Positions 27,373 through 36,758 of a DNA stretch of 64,000 nucleotides are shown here, piece by piece (the stretch's first letter is position 1; each line of letters begins with the position of its first letter). Position numbers and translations under genes: made by a program. The DNA is taken from contig CAWEQH010000004.1 in assembly GCA_963811165.1 (NCBI GenBank), positions 160,001-224,000 on the forward strand. Direction: 5' to 3'. The DNA is from an uncultured Nitrospiraceae bacterium (GTDB lineage: Bacteria; Nitrospirota; Thermodesulfovibrionia; Thermodesulfovibrionales; UBA6898). The notes beneath the pieces are model-generated. The model saw nothing but the letters and a program-made list of their open reading frames with translations, searched no databases and was not told where the DNA came from.

Positions 27373-30051
27373 ATGTCTATTAAAAATCTCGACGTGTTTT
27401 TCAACCCCCATCGGATAGCTGTCATTGGAGCGAGCGACGACACGCGGTCTCTGGGGTACTATGCCTTCAGGAATCTTGTGGGAAAAGGGTTTCCCGGGGT
27501 TGTCTTTCCTGTGAATCAACACCGGGAGGCTGTGCAGGGCGTCGAGGCGTATAAGACGATCACCGCAATACCTCACCAGATCGACCTGGCCATCGTCGCA
27601 TCTTCTGCCGCTGAGCTTTACACAGCGCTAGATGAGTGCGGGCAGAAGGACGTCAAAGGTGTCATCATCCCTGCGCCGCACTTTGAACGCGCCGGCGCCG
27701 ACTCTGAAGAGCTTGAAAGCCAGATCAGGAGGCTCTCGAACATCTATGGCTTCAGGGTCATGGGTCCCAACTCCTTCGGCTTTCTGCGACCGTCGAAAAA
27801 CCTTAATGCGAGCCTTTTCCCCCATATTCCCCGGAAGGGGAACATCGCCTTCATCTCCCATAGCGGCATCTTCTCTTCCGCCTTTTTGGAGAGGGCGATA
27901 AGCAAACAAATGGGGTTCAGTCATTTCATCTCGGTGGGAGGAAAGCTGGATATCGACTTTGCCGATCTGATCGACTACCTGGGGATCGACCCCGAAACAC
28001 GAGCGATCATCCTGTATGTCCAGAATATCAATAACGGAAGAAAGTTCATGACTGCGGTCAGAAGCTTCTCAAGCAGCAAGCCGATAGTGGTGGTGAGGTC
28101 CGGACGGGCTGAGGTTTCAGGGCGGATGTTCCTGACCCATTCCGGTGCGCTCGCAGGGGAAGACAAGGTCTATGAGGCGGCATTCAGGAGGGCCGGCGCG
28201 GTGCGCGTGTACGAGATGCTCGATCTTTTCTATATTACTGAGACACTCGCAAAACAGCACCGTCCACGGGGGAAGAAGTTGGCGATTATCACCAATTCCC
28301 TGGGGCCGGCTTCCATGGCGGTAGACGCCCTCGTCCTGATGGAGGGGGAACTGGCAGCGCTGGGGAAAGAAGTCCTGGATGAAATCGAGGAACACCTAAC
28401 CCTCAGAAGGAGGGTCAATAATCCTGTCTGCCTTCTGCCGGATGCCTCGCCCGAAGACTTCGAACTGGCGGTGAGAAGCTGTTTGAAGGACAATGGGGTC
28501 GACGGTATTTTGGTGGTCTATGTCCCTTTTCCCTGCTTTGATCCGAGGGACGTAGCCGCTGCCGTGGTAAAGGTTGCGAAGTCGGATCCCGAGGTCCCTT
28601 TGTTTACGACATGGCTGGGAGACGAACAGGTGCTTCGGGCCCGCGAATTTTTCAGCAGCAACGAGATACCCACCTTTGTAACTCCCGAGCAGGCGGTAAG
28701 GAGTTTCCTTTATATGTACCGGTATGACTTTAACCTTACACTGTTGCACGAAACTCCCGAGGCGATCCTCAAGGACTTTGTCCCCCATATCGATAGGGTG
28801 GGGAAGATCATCAGGAATGCGTCGGAGACCCGCAGGGGCACCCTCCGCCTGGACGAAGCAAAGGAAATCTTCGAGGTATACGGCATTCCCATGGTTGAGA
28901 CGGTGAGGGCGGTCCATGAAGATGATGCTGTCCGGCTGTCGGAAAAGATGGGCTATCCGGTGGTCCTCAAAATTGATTCTGAGAAGATCTTTCACAAGCT
29001 TGAAAAAGGGGGCGTCGTTCTGAACCTCAGGGATGAGAAGTCGGTCAGGGAGGCGTTCCGGGCACTGAAGATTATAGCCTCCAAGATGGGAGATACCGAG
29101 GCAGGCGTGGTCATTCAACCGATGGTATTAAAGAAGGGGTACGAACTGGTGATCGGCGCAAAAAAGGACCCCAGTTTCGGAGCCGTCATCGTCTTCGGAA
29201 CAGGAGGTGAACTTCTCGATGCGATAAAGGATTATTCTATCGGCCTTCCTCCCCTGAATCAGGCCCTGGCGAGACGGATGATGGAGGAGACAAAGATATA
29301 CCAGTATCTGCAAAGTCTCCCTGCCTATCAGGGAGTTCTGCGGCTTCTTGAAGAGATACTGGTCAGGTTTTCCCAGTTGATCGTCGATTTTCATCACATC
29401 CGCGAGGTTGAGATCAACCCCTTCGTCCTCTCCGACAAATACTGTATTGCCCTGGACGGCGGGATCCTGCTTGAAGAGGAGGCCTTGACCAACAATCGCA
29501 GAGTCACGGGCGACCTCTGCCCTCCGCATCTGTCGATCTGCCCGTATCCCTTCAAATATGTCGTGGAAAGAACGCTTGGCGACGGGACCGTCTGTAACGT
29601 CAGGCCGATACGCGGCGAGGACGAGCCGCTCATCTATGAGTTTTTAAAGACCCTCTCAACTGAGACCATCGTATACCGGTTTTGCCATCTGCTTACCTAT
29701 TTGCCCCATGAGAAGCTTGTCAGATACTGCCAGGTGGACTATGATCGCGAACTCGCTTTTGTGGCCCAGAAAGAAGATGAGAAAAACATTATCGGGGATG
29801 TCAGAATCAGCAAGCTCCCCGACCTGGAGAATGCCGAGGTGTCGATTCTGGTCGCCGACGAGTGGCAGGGAAGAGGGGTGGGAAGCATGCTGATGGATTA
29901 CTGCATAGATATCGCGAAGGAGGCCGGCCTGACGACACTCTGGATGGAGATACTCAAAAACAATCTCCGCATGTTGGCCCTTGCCCGAAAATATGACTTT
30001 AAACAGGCCTATGACGACGAAGACATGGTGCGTGTGGTCCTTAAGCTATAG
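27373..30051 (+). CDS. Pat/Pka-type protein: ADP-forming acyl-CoA synthetase-like domains fused to a GNAT acetyltransferase
   Basis: IAVIGAS, GPNSFG, THSGALAG, GYPVVLK and EINP motifs. C-terminal GNAT (QVDYDRELA, WQGRGVGS). Confidence 0.9.
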   Translation: MSIKNLDVFFNPHRIAVIGASDDTRSLGYYAFRNLVGKGFPGVVFPVNQHREAVQGVEAYKTITAIPHQIDLAIVASSAAELYTALDECGQKDVKGVIIPAPHFERAGADSEELESQIRRLSNIYGFRVMGPNSFGFLRPSKNLNASLFPHIPRKGNIAFISHSGIFSSAFLERAISKQMGFSHFISVGGKLDIDFADLIDYLGIDPETRAIILYVQNINNGRKFMTAVRSFSSSKPIVVVRSGRAEVSGRMFLTHSGALAGEDKVYEAAFRRAGAVRVYEMLDLFYITETLAKQHRPRGKKLAIITNSLGPASMAVDALVLMEGELAALGKEVLDEIEEHLTLRRRVNNPVCLLPDASPEDFELAVRSCLKDNGVDGILVVYVPFPCFDPRDVAAAVVKVAKSDPEVPLFTTWLGDEQVLRAREFFSSNEIPTFVTPEQAVRSFLYMYRYDFNLTLLHETPEAILKDFVPHIDRVGKIIRNASETRRGTLRLDEAKEIFEVYGIPMVETVRAVHEDDAVRLSEKMGYPVVLKIDSEKIFHKLEKGGVVLNLRDEKSVREAFRALKIIASKMGDTEAGVVIQPMVLKKGYELVIGAKKDPSFGAVIVFGTGGELLDAIKDYSIGLPPLNQALARRMMEETKIYQYLQSLPAYQGVLRLLEEILVRFSQLIVDFHHIREVEINPFVLSDKYCIALDGGILLEEEALTNNRRVTGDLCPPHLSICPYPFKYVVERTLGDGTVCNVRPIRGEDEPLIYEFLKTLSTETIVYRFCHLLTYLPHEKLVRYCQVDYDRELAFVAQKEDEKNIIGDVRISKLPDLENAEVSILVADEWQGRGVGSMLMDYCIDIAKEAGLTTLWMEILKNNLRMLALARKYDFKQAYDDEDMVRVVLKL

Positions 30052-30268
30052 AAGACGCAGCAGCTATTTTCCGCCTGCAGCCGGTTCGCCGCCGCCCCTG
30101 TGTGGTTGTTTCGATCGTTCTCCCGCGGTGAACAGTCACCAGTGGGGAGAAATTGGCCGATTGATTATAATAAAACCTCCTACTTTACTATTCTCTACAA
30201 TCGTCATATCGTAAATTCTCATACTTAAGAAACCGCCGAAGTCTCAATCTCCTCGCTTTCTAAGTCAT

Positions 30269-30298
30269 TGACACTCTTAGATTTTTCCTGATATACTC
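30269..30298 (+). promoter_or_regulatory. sigma70 promoter upstream of glgC
   Basis: TTGACA-N18-TATACT with TG just upstream of -10. Confidence 0.55.
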
Positions 30299-30415
30299 GA
30301 CTATAAAAAAGATTGGTCCGGCAACTAACCGGGATGAATATTTACAGAATACTGCTGTCCCCATTTAAGGTGAGCGGAGCACCTGATGATTGAAAGAATG
30401 AGAAGGGAAAAGGCG

Positions 30416-31636
30416 ATGGACAATGTGTTGGCCCTTATCCTTGCGGGCGGCAAGGGAGAAAGGCTGCACCCGCTTACGATCCACAGGGCGAAGCCTGCGG
30501 TGCCTTTCGGCGGCAAGTTCAGGATTATCGATTTTACCCTCAGCAACTGCATTAATTCCCATGTCCGAAGGATCGTAGTCATTACGCAGTATAAGTCCCT
30601 CTCCCTTGACAGGCACCTTGCGTTGGGATGGGAGCACCTTCTGAACCCGGAACTGGGCGAATATATATTCACTATCCCGCCCCAGCAGAGGATCGACGAA
30701 CGGTGGTATGAGGGCACCGCCGATGCGGTCTTCCAAAACATATATCTCATAGAAAAAGAAAACCCCCCGTATATCCTTATACTTTCGGGCGACCATATCT
30801 ATAAAATGAACTATGCCGAGATGTTCGACTTCCATCTCATGAGGGAAGCTACGGGGACTGTGGCCACAATAAAGGTACCCCAAAAAATAGCCTCTTCTTT
30901 GGGCATAGTTGAAGTGGACAGCGATTTCAGGATCATCGGGTTCAAGGAAAAGCCGGCGGACCCTGTTACCATACCCGGTGACCCCGAGCATTGTTTTGCC
31001 TCGATGGGGATATATCTTTTCAATAAGGAAGATATCATACACGAACTGAGGGCCGACTCCGGAAAATCGTCAGCCCATGATTTCGGCAAGAACATCCTGC
31101 CCGAAATGCTTCATACCGGAAAACTCTTCGCCTATGAGTTCAAGGACGAGAACAAAAAGGAGGCGAAATACTGGCGCGACGTCGGGACGATAGACTCGTA
31201 TTGGGAGGCGAATATGGACCTCGTCGCGGTCGATCCCCAGTTTAACCTTTATGACGGTGGATGGCCGCTCAGGACGAACCAGGGACAGCATCCGCCCGCT
31301 AAATTCGTCTTTGCCCAGGAATATAAAGGCGGCAGGTTAGGGATAGCACTGGATTCGATAGTCTGCGGAGGCTGCATCATAAGCGGCGGCAGGGTGCAAA
31401 ATTCAGTCCTCTCTCCCAGTGTCAGGATCAACAGCTATGCAGATGTCAGGGAGTCCATTCTGATGGAAAATGTGCAGATAGGGAGGAACTGTAAGATTAG
31501 ACGGGCCATTATCGACAAGGACGTGTATGTCCCGGCCGGTACCACGATAGGGTACGACCTCGAGGCCGACAGGGAGCGGTTTTTCGTAAGCGAAGGGGGA
31601 GTAGTCGTGATACCAAAAGGGGCTGAAATACGATGA
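30416..31636 (+). CDS. glgC: Glucose-1-phosphate adenylyltransferase
   Basis: LAGGKGERL, RAKPAVPFGG, WYEGTADAV, GDHIYKM, ASMGIY, DFGK and YWRDVGT motifs. Start could be 30386. Confidence 0.97.
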   Translation: MDNVLALILAGGKGERLHPLTIHRAKPAVPFGGKFRIIDFTLSNCINSHVRRIVVITQYKSLSLDRHLALGWEHLLNPELGEYIFTIPPQQRIDERWYEGTADAVFQNIYLIEKENPPYILILSGDHIYKMNYAEMFDFHLMREATGTVATIKVPQKIASSLGIVEVDSDFRIIGFKEKPADPVTIPGDPEHCFASMGIYLFNKEDIIHELRADSGKSSAHDFGKNILPEMLHTGKLFAYEFKDENKKEAKYWRDVGTIDSYWEANMDLVAVDPQFNLYDGGWPLRTNQGQHPPAKFVFAQEYKGGRLGIALDSIVCGGCIISGGRVQNSVLSPSVRINSYADVRESILMENVQIGRNCKIRRAIIDKDVYVPAGTTIGYDLEADRERFFVSEGGVVVIPKGAEIR

Positions 31637-32766
31637 GCCTTGCCGGCAGGCTTGAAGACCTCGCTATTTCGGACATCTTTCAGATACTCAGTGTGGGCAG
31701 AAAGACCGGCACTTTCATTGTAAGCGGGTCAAGAGGGGTCGCAATGATCGTCTTTAAAAACGGGATGGTCGTAAGGGCTGAGACGGACGACCTGGAAGGC
31801 TCTCTCGGGCAAAACCTGCTTGATGCCGGCCTCGTGAAAAATACGATACTGAATATGGCGTATGAGGTAAAAAAAAAGTTGCCCGGCAAATCCGTGGCCG
31901 AAGTCCTTTTTGAGTTGGGCTCGGTGACACAGGAGACGCTGGAAAAAGCTACCAGAAAGCGGATCGAAAAAGTCATTTACCGTCTGCTTATGTGGGAAGA
32001 CGGTGATTTCCAGTTTGAGCTCGACGACCTGGACCTTGAAGGTAAAACCGACCTTACCGACCTCGGCTGGGAACTATCGAGGGGGTTGAGTCCTGAATAC
32101 CTCTTGATGGAAGGCGCACGGGTGCAGGACGAGTCGACCCAGTTGTCCTTTGTAGAGACCGAAGAGATCTCGGGTGAGGAAGCGGGAGAGGGCGGATGGG
32201 AAGAAGACTGGGAGACCGCCCCTGCTGAGCGGAAGGACATATCTCAACTTAAGGCCCTGACGCAGGAACTCAGGTTCCCCAACTCGGCGTCCGAGATCAC
32301 CCTTCTTATCCTAAGGTTTGCCAGCGACATCTTCCACCGGGGGGTGCTCTTTATGGTCGGCAAGAACCAGATAGTGGGGCTTGGCCAGTTCGGACTCGAG
32401 ATAGACAGGGCGGACGAAAAGGTCCGTGAGACGGTCCTAGAGACAGAAAAAAGCCCTTTTCTGAAACAGATCGTTACCGAACAGATGCCCTATAAGGGGC
32501 CTCTTGAAAAAGATGAAGTGACCCGCAAACTGATGGCGGAACTCGGCGGGGTCTGGCCGTCTGAGGTCGCAGTATTTCCGATTGTGGCCGAAGGCCGGGC
32601 GGTCGCATTTCTCTACTGCGACAACTTCTCCACCGGGACGGCGTCTACGGAAACCGAGGGGCTTGAAATCTTCATAAGCCATGCCGGTCTGGCCCTGGAG
32701 AAATCCCTGCTTCAGAGGAGGATCCAGGAGATGGAGATGAAAAAAGGTCAGGAAGAAGCCGGGTGA
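31633..32766 (+). CDS. DUF4388-domain protein with a C-terminal GAF-like domain
   Basis: LAGRLEDLAISDIFQILSVGRKTG, WEDGDFQF and LLMEGAR motifs; acidic linker; FPIVAEGRAVAFLYCDN. Confidence 0.8.
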   Translation: MSLAGRLEDLAISDIFQILSVGRKTGTFIVSGSRGVAMIVFKNGMVVRAETDDLEGSLGQNLLDAGLVKNTILNMAYEVKKKLPGKSVAEVLFELGSVTQETLEKATRKRIEKVIYRLLMWEDGDFQFELDDLDLEGKTDLTDLGWELSRGLSPEYLLMEGARVQDESTQLSFVETEEISGEEAGEGGWEEDWETAPAERKDISQLKALTQELRFPNSASEITLLILRFASDIFHRGVLFMVGKNQIVGLGQFGLEIDRADEKVRETVLETEKSPFLKQIVTEQMPYKGPLEKDEVTRKLMAELGGVWPSEVAVFPIVAEGRAVAFLYCDNFSTGTASTETEGLEIFISHAGLALEKSLLQRRIQEMEMKKGQEEAG

Positions 32767-32908
32767 GCTTTTTTTTGCGCTATCTGATAAAATCTTACAA
32801 AATAATGCGCCCGAAACAGAAAGCGGAGAGGAAAGTGATGAGGGTCAAGGGAAAAGTTCCCGTAGTCCGGAACCGTAACTTTTATAACCTGCAAAGGGGA
32901 GAGGTTTT

Positions 32909-33277
32909 GTGAAGACCATTCTCATCGTTGAAGACTCCGCCACCACGCGGGCGCTTATCAGGGCCGTGATAGACGAGATCGGCGAGTTCGAGACGGTCGA
33001 GGCATCGTCGGGATTCGAGGCCCTTAAGATGCTGCCGCAACAGCAATACGACCTTATCATCACCGACATCAATATGCCTGACATCAACGGCCTGGAACTC
33101 ATCAGTTTTGTCCGGAACAACCCGAGGTTCACCCATCTGCCCATCGTGATCGTCAGCACCGAAAGGAGTGAGGAGGACAAAAGAAGAGGGATGGCACTCG
33201 GCGCCACGGCTTATGTGACGAAACCGTTTAAGTCGTTTGAACTGCAGGAAATCATAAAGAAGACCATGGGCCTATGA
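32909..33277 (+). CDS. cheY: CheY-like single-domain response regulator
   Basis: ILIVEDS, TDINMP, VST and TKPF motifs. Confidence 0.85.
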   Translation: MKTILIVEDSATTRALIRAVIDEIGEFETVEASSGFEALKMLPQQQYDLIITDINMPDINGLELISFVRNNPRFTHLPIVIVSTERSEEDKRRGMALGATAYVTKPFKSFELQEIIKKTMGL

Positions 33278-35235
33278 AAGCCTCGAAAAAGGAATTCATC
33301 GCAGAAGCGGAAGATCTCATCGAGGAATCCCAACGCCTGATCCTTGAAATCCAGGACACGTTTGCCACGGGCATCAACCCCGATACGCTAAACGCCCTGT
33401 TTAGGTCCATGCATACCCTTAAGGGCGTCTCCGGCCTTTTCGGCCTCCAGGGGATCACTAATGTAAGCCATTCCCTTGAGGCGCTGATGGATGACGTGAG
33501 GCTCGGCAAGATCGAGGTGGGAGCGTCGGTCGTCAATTTCCTCTTCAAGAACCTCGATATCCTGAAAGATGTTGTCGATAAGCTCAGCCAGACCGATGAA
33601 GAGTCCGATACATCCGGCTTCATCAAAGATATAGAGGCCTTCAGGGAATCCCTGAAAGGAAAATCCGTCCCTGCATCAGTGGGGGGAGTGATGGACGAAT
33701 CGATCCTGAAGGTGCTCTCGGAGTACGAGGAGCACAGACTCAAGGCCAACATAAAAGAGGGCAAGACGGTCTACCTCGCAAAGGCGGTCTTCCCGCTTGA
33801 GGTATTTGACACGTCGCTGGCCGAACTGACGAAGATAATCAAGACAAAAGGCGAACTCATATCGACCCTCCCGACCTCGTCGAACGTCCCGGACGGTTTT
33901 ATAGGGTTCAACCTGATGTTCGGCAGTACCGGCTCCCACGACGAGGTAAAGAAAGACGTGGCCTTCGATGTCGATGTCCTGGTCGGCCCCAAGAACGCGG
34001 AGCCCGGGCCCCAGCCCGACAGCCATCTTCTGAAGAGCACTTCGACGACCGTCAGGGTAGATATAGAAAAACTCGACAGGATTCTTAATACGGTAGGTGA
34101 ACTCAGCCTCGCGAAAGAGGCGGTAAAACGGATAGGAGCGGAACTCGTGGAACTCTACGGGCATTCGTCCCTCGTCTACGACATCCACAAGATATCCCAG
34201 ACGTTCGAGCGGAGGCTCGCCGAACTTCAGGACCAGGTCCTTGAGATCAGGATGGTGCCTATAGGACAGATTTTTGCGAGGCTCGCCCAGGTGGTAAGGC
34301 GGTATTCAAGAGAGATAGGCAAGCAGATAGAACTCGTCATGTACGGTGAGGAGACCGAACTGGACAAGTACCTTGCCGAAGAGATCATCGACCCCCTGAT
34401 GCACCTTGTCAGGAATTCCCTGGACCACGGCATCGAAAGCCCCGAGGAAAGAAAAATGAAGGGAAAAAGCGAGTCGGGGACGATCGTACTGAAGGCATAC
34501 CAAAAGGGCAACCATGTCGTCATCGAACTCAAGGACGACGGAGCGGGCATAGATCTTGTGAAGGTGCGGAAAAAGGCCGTGGAAAAGGGACTCGTCCGGG
34601 AGGAGACCGAACTGAGCGAAAGCGAGATCGTCGATTTTATTTTTACCCCGGGTTTTAGCACAAAGGACGTAGTGAGCGAGGTGTCGGGCAGGGGGGTCGG
34701 GATGGATGTGGTCAAGGAGAAACTCTCCGCCCTGGGCGGGTTCGCCGACGTCGAAACGAAAAAGGATGAGGGCACCACTTTTATGCTCACCCTGCCGATC
34801 ACCCTGGCGATAATCAAGGCCCTCTTAGTCAGGGTCGGCGACGAAAAATTCGCGGTGCCCCTGACGTCCATGTCTGAGACGCTCATCGTCGAGCACAAGG
34901 ACATTCAGACGATAGAATGGAAAGAGGTCTATTACCTCAGAGGAGATATGCTCCCGATGGTAAGGGTGAGCAAGTTTCTCAACCTCGCAGGCGACGACAA
35001 CAGCCGTTCTTTCGCGGTTGTCGTGGGGTTCGGAGAAAGGAAGGTCGGTCTCCTCGTAGACGAGCTTTTCGGCCAGCACGAGATCGTCATCAAATCGTTG
35101 AGCGACTATCTTAAGAAGTTAAGGGGCTTTGCCGGGGCCGCCGAGATAGGCAAGCATGAGGTGATTCTTGTCCTCGATATCGAATCGCTTATAGACGAAT
35201 CAATGATCAGGCAAAGAGGTGCGACGCATGTATGA
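33274..35235 (+). CDS. cheA: Chemotaxis histidine kinase
   Basis: Hpt (FRSMHTLKG), VRVDIEKLD, RMVPI, HLVRNSLDHGIE, DDGAG, SGRGVGMDVV and a C-terminal CheW domain. Confidence 0.96.
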   Translation: MKASKKEFIAEAEDLIEESQRLILEIQDTFATGINPDTLNALFRSMHTLKGVSGLFGLQGITNVSHSLEALMDDVRLGKIEVGASVVNFLFKNLDILKDVVDKLSQTDEESDTSGFIKDIEAFRESLKGKSVPASVGGVMDESILKVLSEYEEHRLKANIKEGKTVYLAKAVFPLEVFDTSLAELTKIIKTKGELISTLPTSSNVPDGFIGFNLMFGSTGSHDEVKKDVAFDVDVLVGPKNAEPGPQPDSHLLKSTSTTVRVDIEKLDRILNTVGELSLAKEAVKRIGAELVELYGHSSLVYDIHKISQTFERRLAELQDQVLEIRMVPIGQIFARLAQVVRRYSREIGKQIELVMYGEETELDKYLAEEIIDPLMHLVRNSLDHGIESPEERKMKGKSESGTIVLKAYQKGNHVVIELKDDGAGIDLVKVRKKAVEKGLVREETELSESEIVDFIFTPGFSTKDVVSEVSGRGVGMDVVKEKLSALGGFADVETKKDEGTTFMLTLPITLAIIKALLVRVGDEKFAVPLTSMSETLIVEHKDIQTIEWKEVYYLRGDMLPMVRVSKFLNLAGDDNSRSFAVVVGFGERKVGLLVDELFGQHEIVIKSLSDYLKKLRGFAGAAEIGKHEVILVLDIESLIDESMIRQRGATHV

Positions 35236-36046
35236 GGAATTTTACGGACTGACGGCGAGACCCTTCAGCAAGACGCCGGACCCGAAATTCCTTTTCCTCA
35301 GCAGAAACCATGAGGAGGCGCTTGCGAGACTGCAGTACGCGGTCGAAGAGAAAGACATGATCTTGCTTACCGGCGAGGTGGGCTGCGGGAAGACGACCCT
35401 CACAAGGGCGTTGATGGACGTGCTCGGCGACGACTACCGGGTCATCACGATCATAAATCCGGTCCTGAGCCCGGCCCAGTTCTTAAGGACGATCGCCAAG
35501 AGGATGGAGATCGATATTCCCTCCATTTACAAGGCGGACCTCCTCGACGCCATCTGCGAAAGGGTCTACCACGACCACGAGGCAGGTGTGACGCATGTGA
35601 TCATCATAGACGAGGCACAGCTCATACCGAGCAAGGACACGTTTGAGGAGATACGTCTTTTGACCAACTTTCAGCTCGACGATACAAACCTCCTGAGTAT
35701 TGTACTCGTCGGCCAGACCGATCTAAGGCGGAGGCTGAACCATAAAACGTATCTTCCCCTGAGGCAGAGGATAGGGCTTTTCTTCCATCTCGGCCCGCTT
35801 ACCGAAAGCGAGATAAAGGGATATGTGATGCACCGGCTGAAGATGTCGGGGAGGGAAGATATGTTGTTCACCGATGAAGCGCTGGCCATACTGTACAGGC
35901 TTTCGGGGGGTATACCGAGGGTGATAAACAGCATTGCCACGTCAGCGCTCCTTGACGGATTCGCTAAGGAGATGACCGTCATCAACGAGACACTCGTGGA
36001 AGACGCTGCAAGGGAACTGGGGTTAAATGGATATCGCGAAAATTAG
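35228..36046 (+). CDS. ExeA/GspA-like AAA ATPase (ATPase domain only)
   Basis: MYEEFYGL..PF..TPDP, Walker A GEVGCGKT, Walker B IIDEAQ, LRQRI and GIPRVIN motifs. Confidence 0.9.
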   Translation: MYEEFYGLTARPFSKTPDPKFLFLSRNHEEALARLQYAVEEKDMILLTGEVGCGKTTLTRALMDVLGDDYRVITIINPVLSPAQFLRTIAKRMEIDIPSIYKADLLDAICERVYHDHEAGVTHVIIIDEAQLIPSKDTFEEIRLLTNFQLDDTNLLSIVLVGQTDLRRRLNHKTYLPLRQRIGLFFHLGPLTESEIKGYVMHRLKMSGREDMLFTDEALAILYRLSGGIPRVINSIATSALLDGFAKEMTVINETLVEDAARELGLNGYREN

Positions 36047-36749
36047 GAAGAAGGCCAGGGAGAAGGAAGAAAGCGGGAAGAACGTTGAGGGCGGTACGCC
36101 TAAAGAGGTAAGGCCGGAGACAGGCGGGAAACACGTTGCCCACGAAGGGCCTCTCCCGGAAGTTCACGGAGGGCCGGATGATGAGGCATCCCTTCCACCC
36201 GGCTCCGGGGAGAAAAGAGACGAAGTCCCCCTTCCTTCCCGGGGCGGCGAAGGGACAGGAGGCCCTTCGGAAAAGAAAGAGGCGCCGGAGGTGGAAGAAG
36301 CTGCGCTTGAGCTTCTTACGTTTAGCCTCTCCGGCGAGGAATTTGCATTCCGGGTTTCCGAGGTTGAGGAGATCATCAGGTTCCAGAGGATCACGGGGGT
36401 CCCGACAATGCCGGATTATGTCCGGGGGATAACCTCGTTACGGGGGAAGGTTATCCCTGTCATAAACCTCAGGACCAGACTTGCGCTGAAAGGGCCGGTC
36501 GAGCCGCAGCAGGAAAGAGGAGAAAGGGAAGACAGGAGGATACTTATCCTCTCGGGCCCCAAGGGGATGATAGGGGCGACGATCGACAGGGTGCTGGGAG
36601 TGGTAAGGTTTCCGGCCGCCACCATACTCGATCCGCCGGCTCATCTTACGGAAAATGAACTTAAGTATATAGAAGGCGTGGTAATACTCGAAAAGCGCTT
36701 TATATCAATAATCAGGTCTGACGACGCTCTGGATATAGAGTTCGCCTAA
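36027..36749 (+). CDS. cheW: CheW with a long low-complexity N-terminal extension
   Basis: LLTFSLSGEEFAF, VEEII, ITGVP and SLRGKVIPVINLR motifs after ~90 aa rich in E/G/P. Confidence 0.9.
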   Translation: MDIAKIRKKAREKEESGKNVEGGTPKEVRPETGGKHVAHEGPLPEVHGGPDDEASLPPGSGEKRDEVPLPSRGGEGTGGPSEKKEAPEVEEAALELLTFSLSGEEFAFRVSEVEEIIRFQRITGVPTMPDYVRGITSLRGKVIPVINLRTRLALKGPVEPQQERGEREDRRILILSGPKGMIGATIDRVLGVVRFPAATILDPPAHLTENELKYIEGVVILEKRFISIIRSDDALDIEFA

Positions 36750-36758
36750 GGAGGGCGA

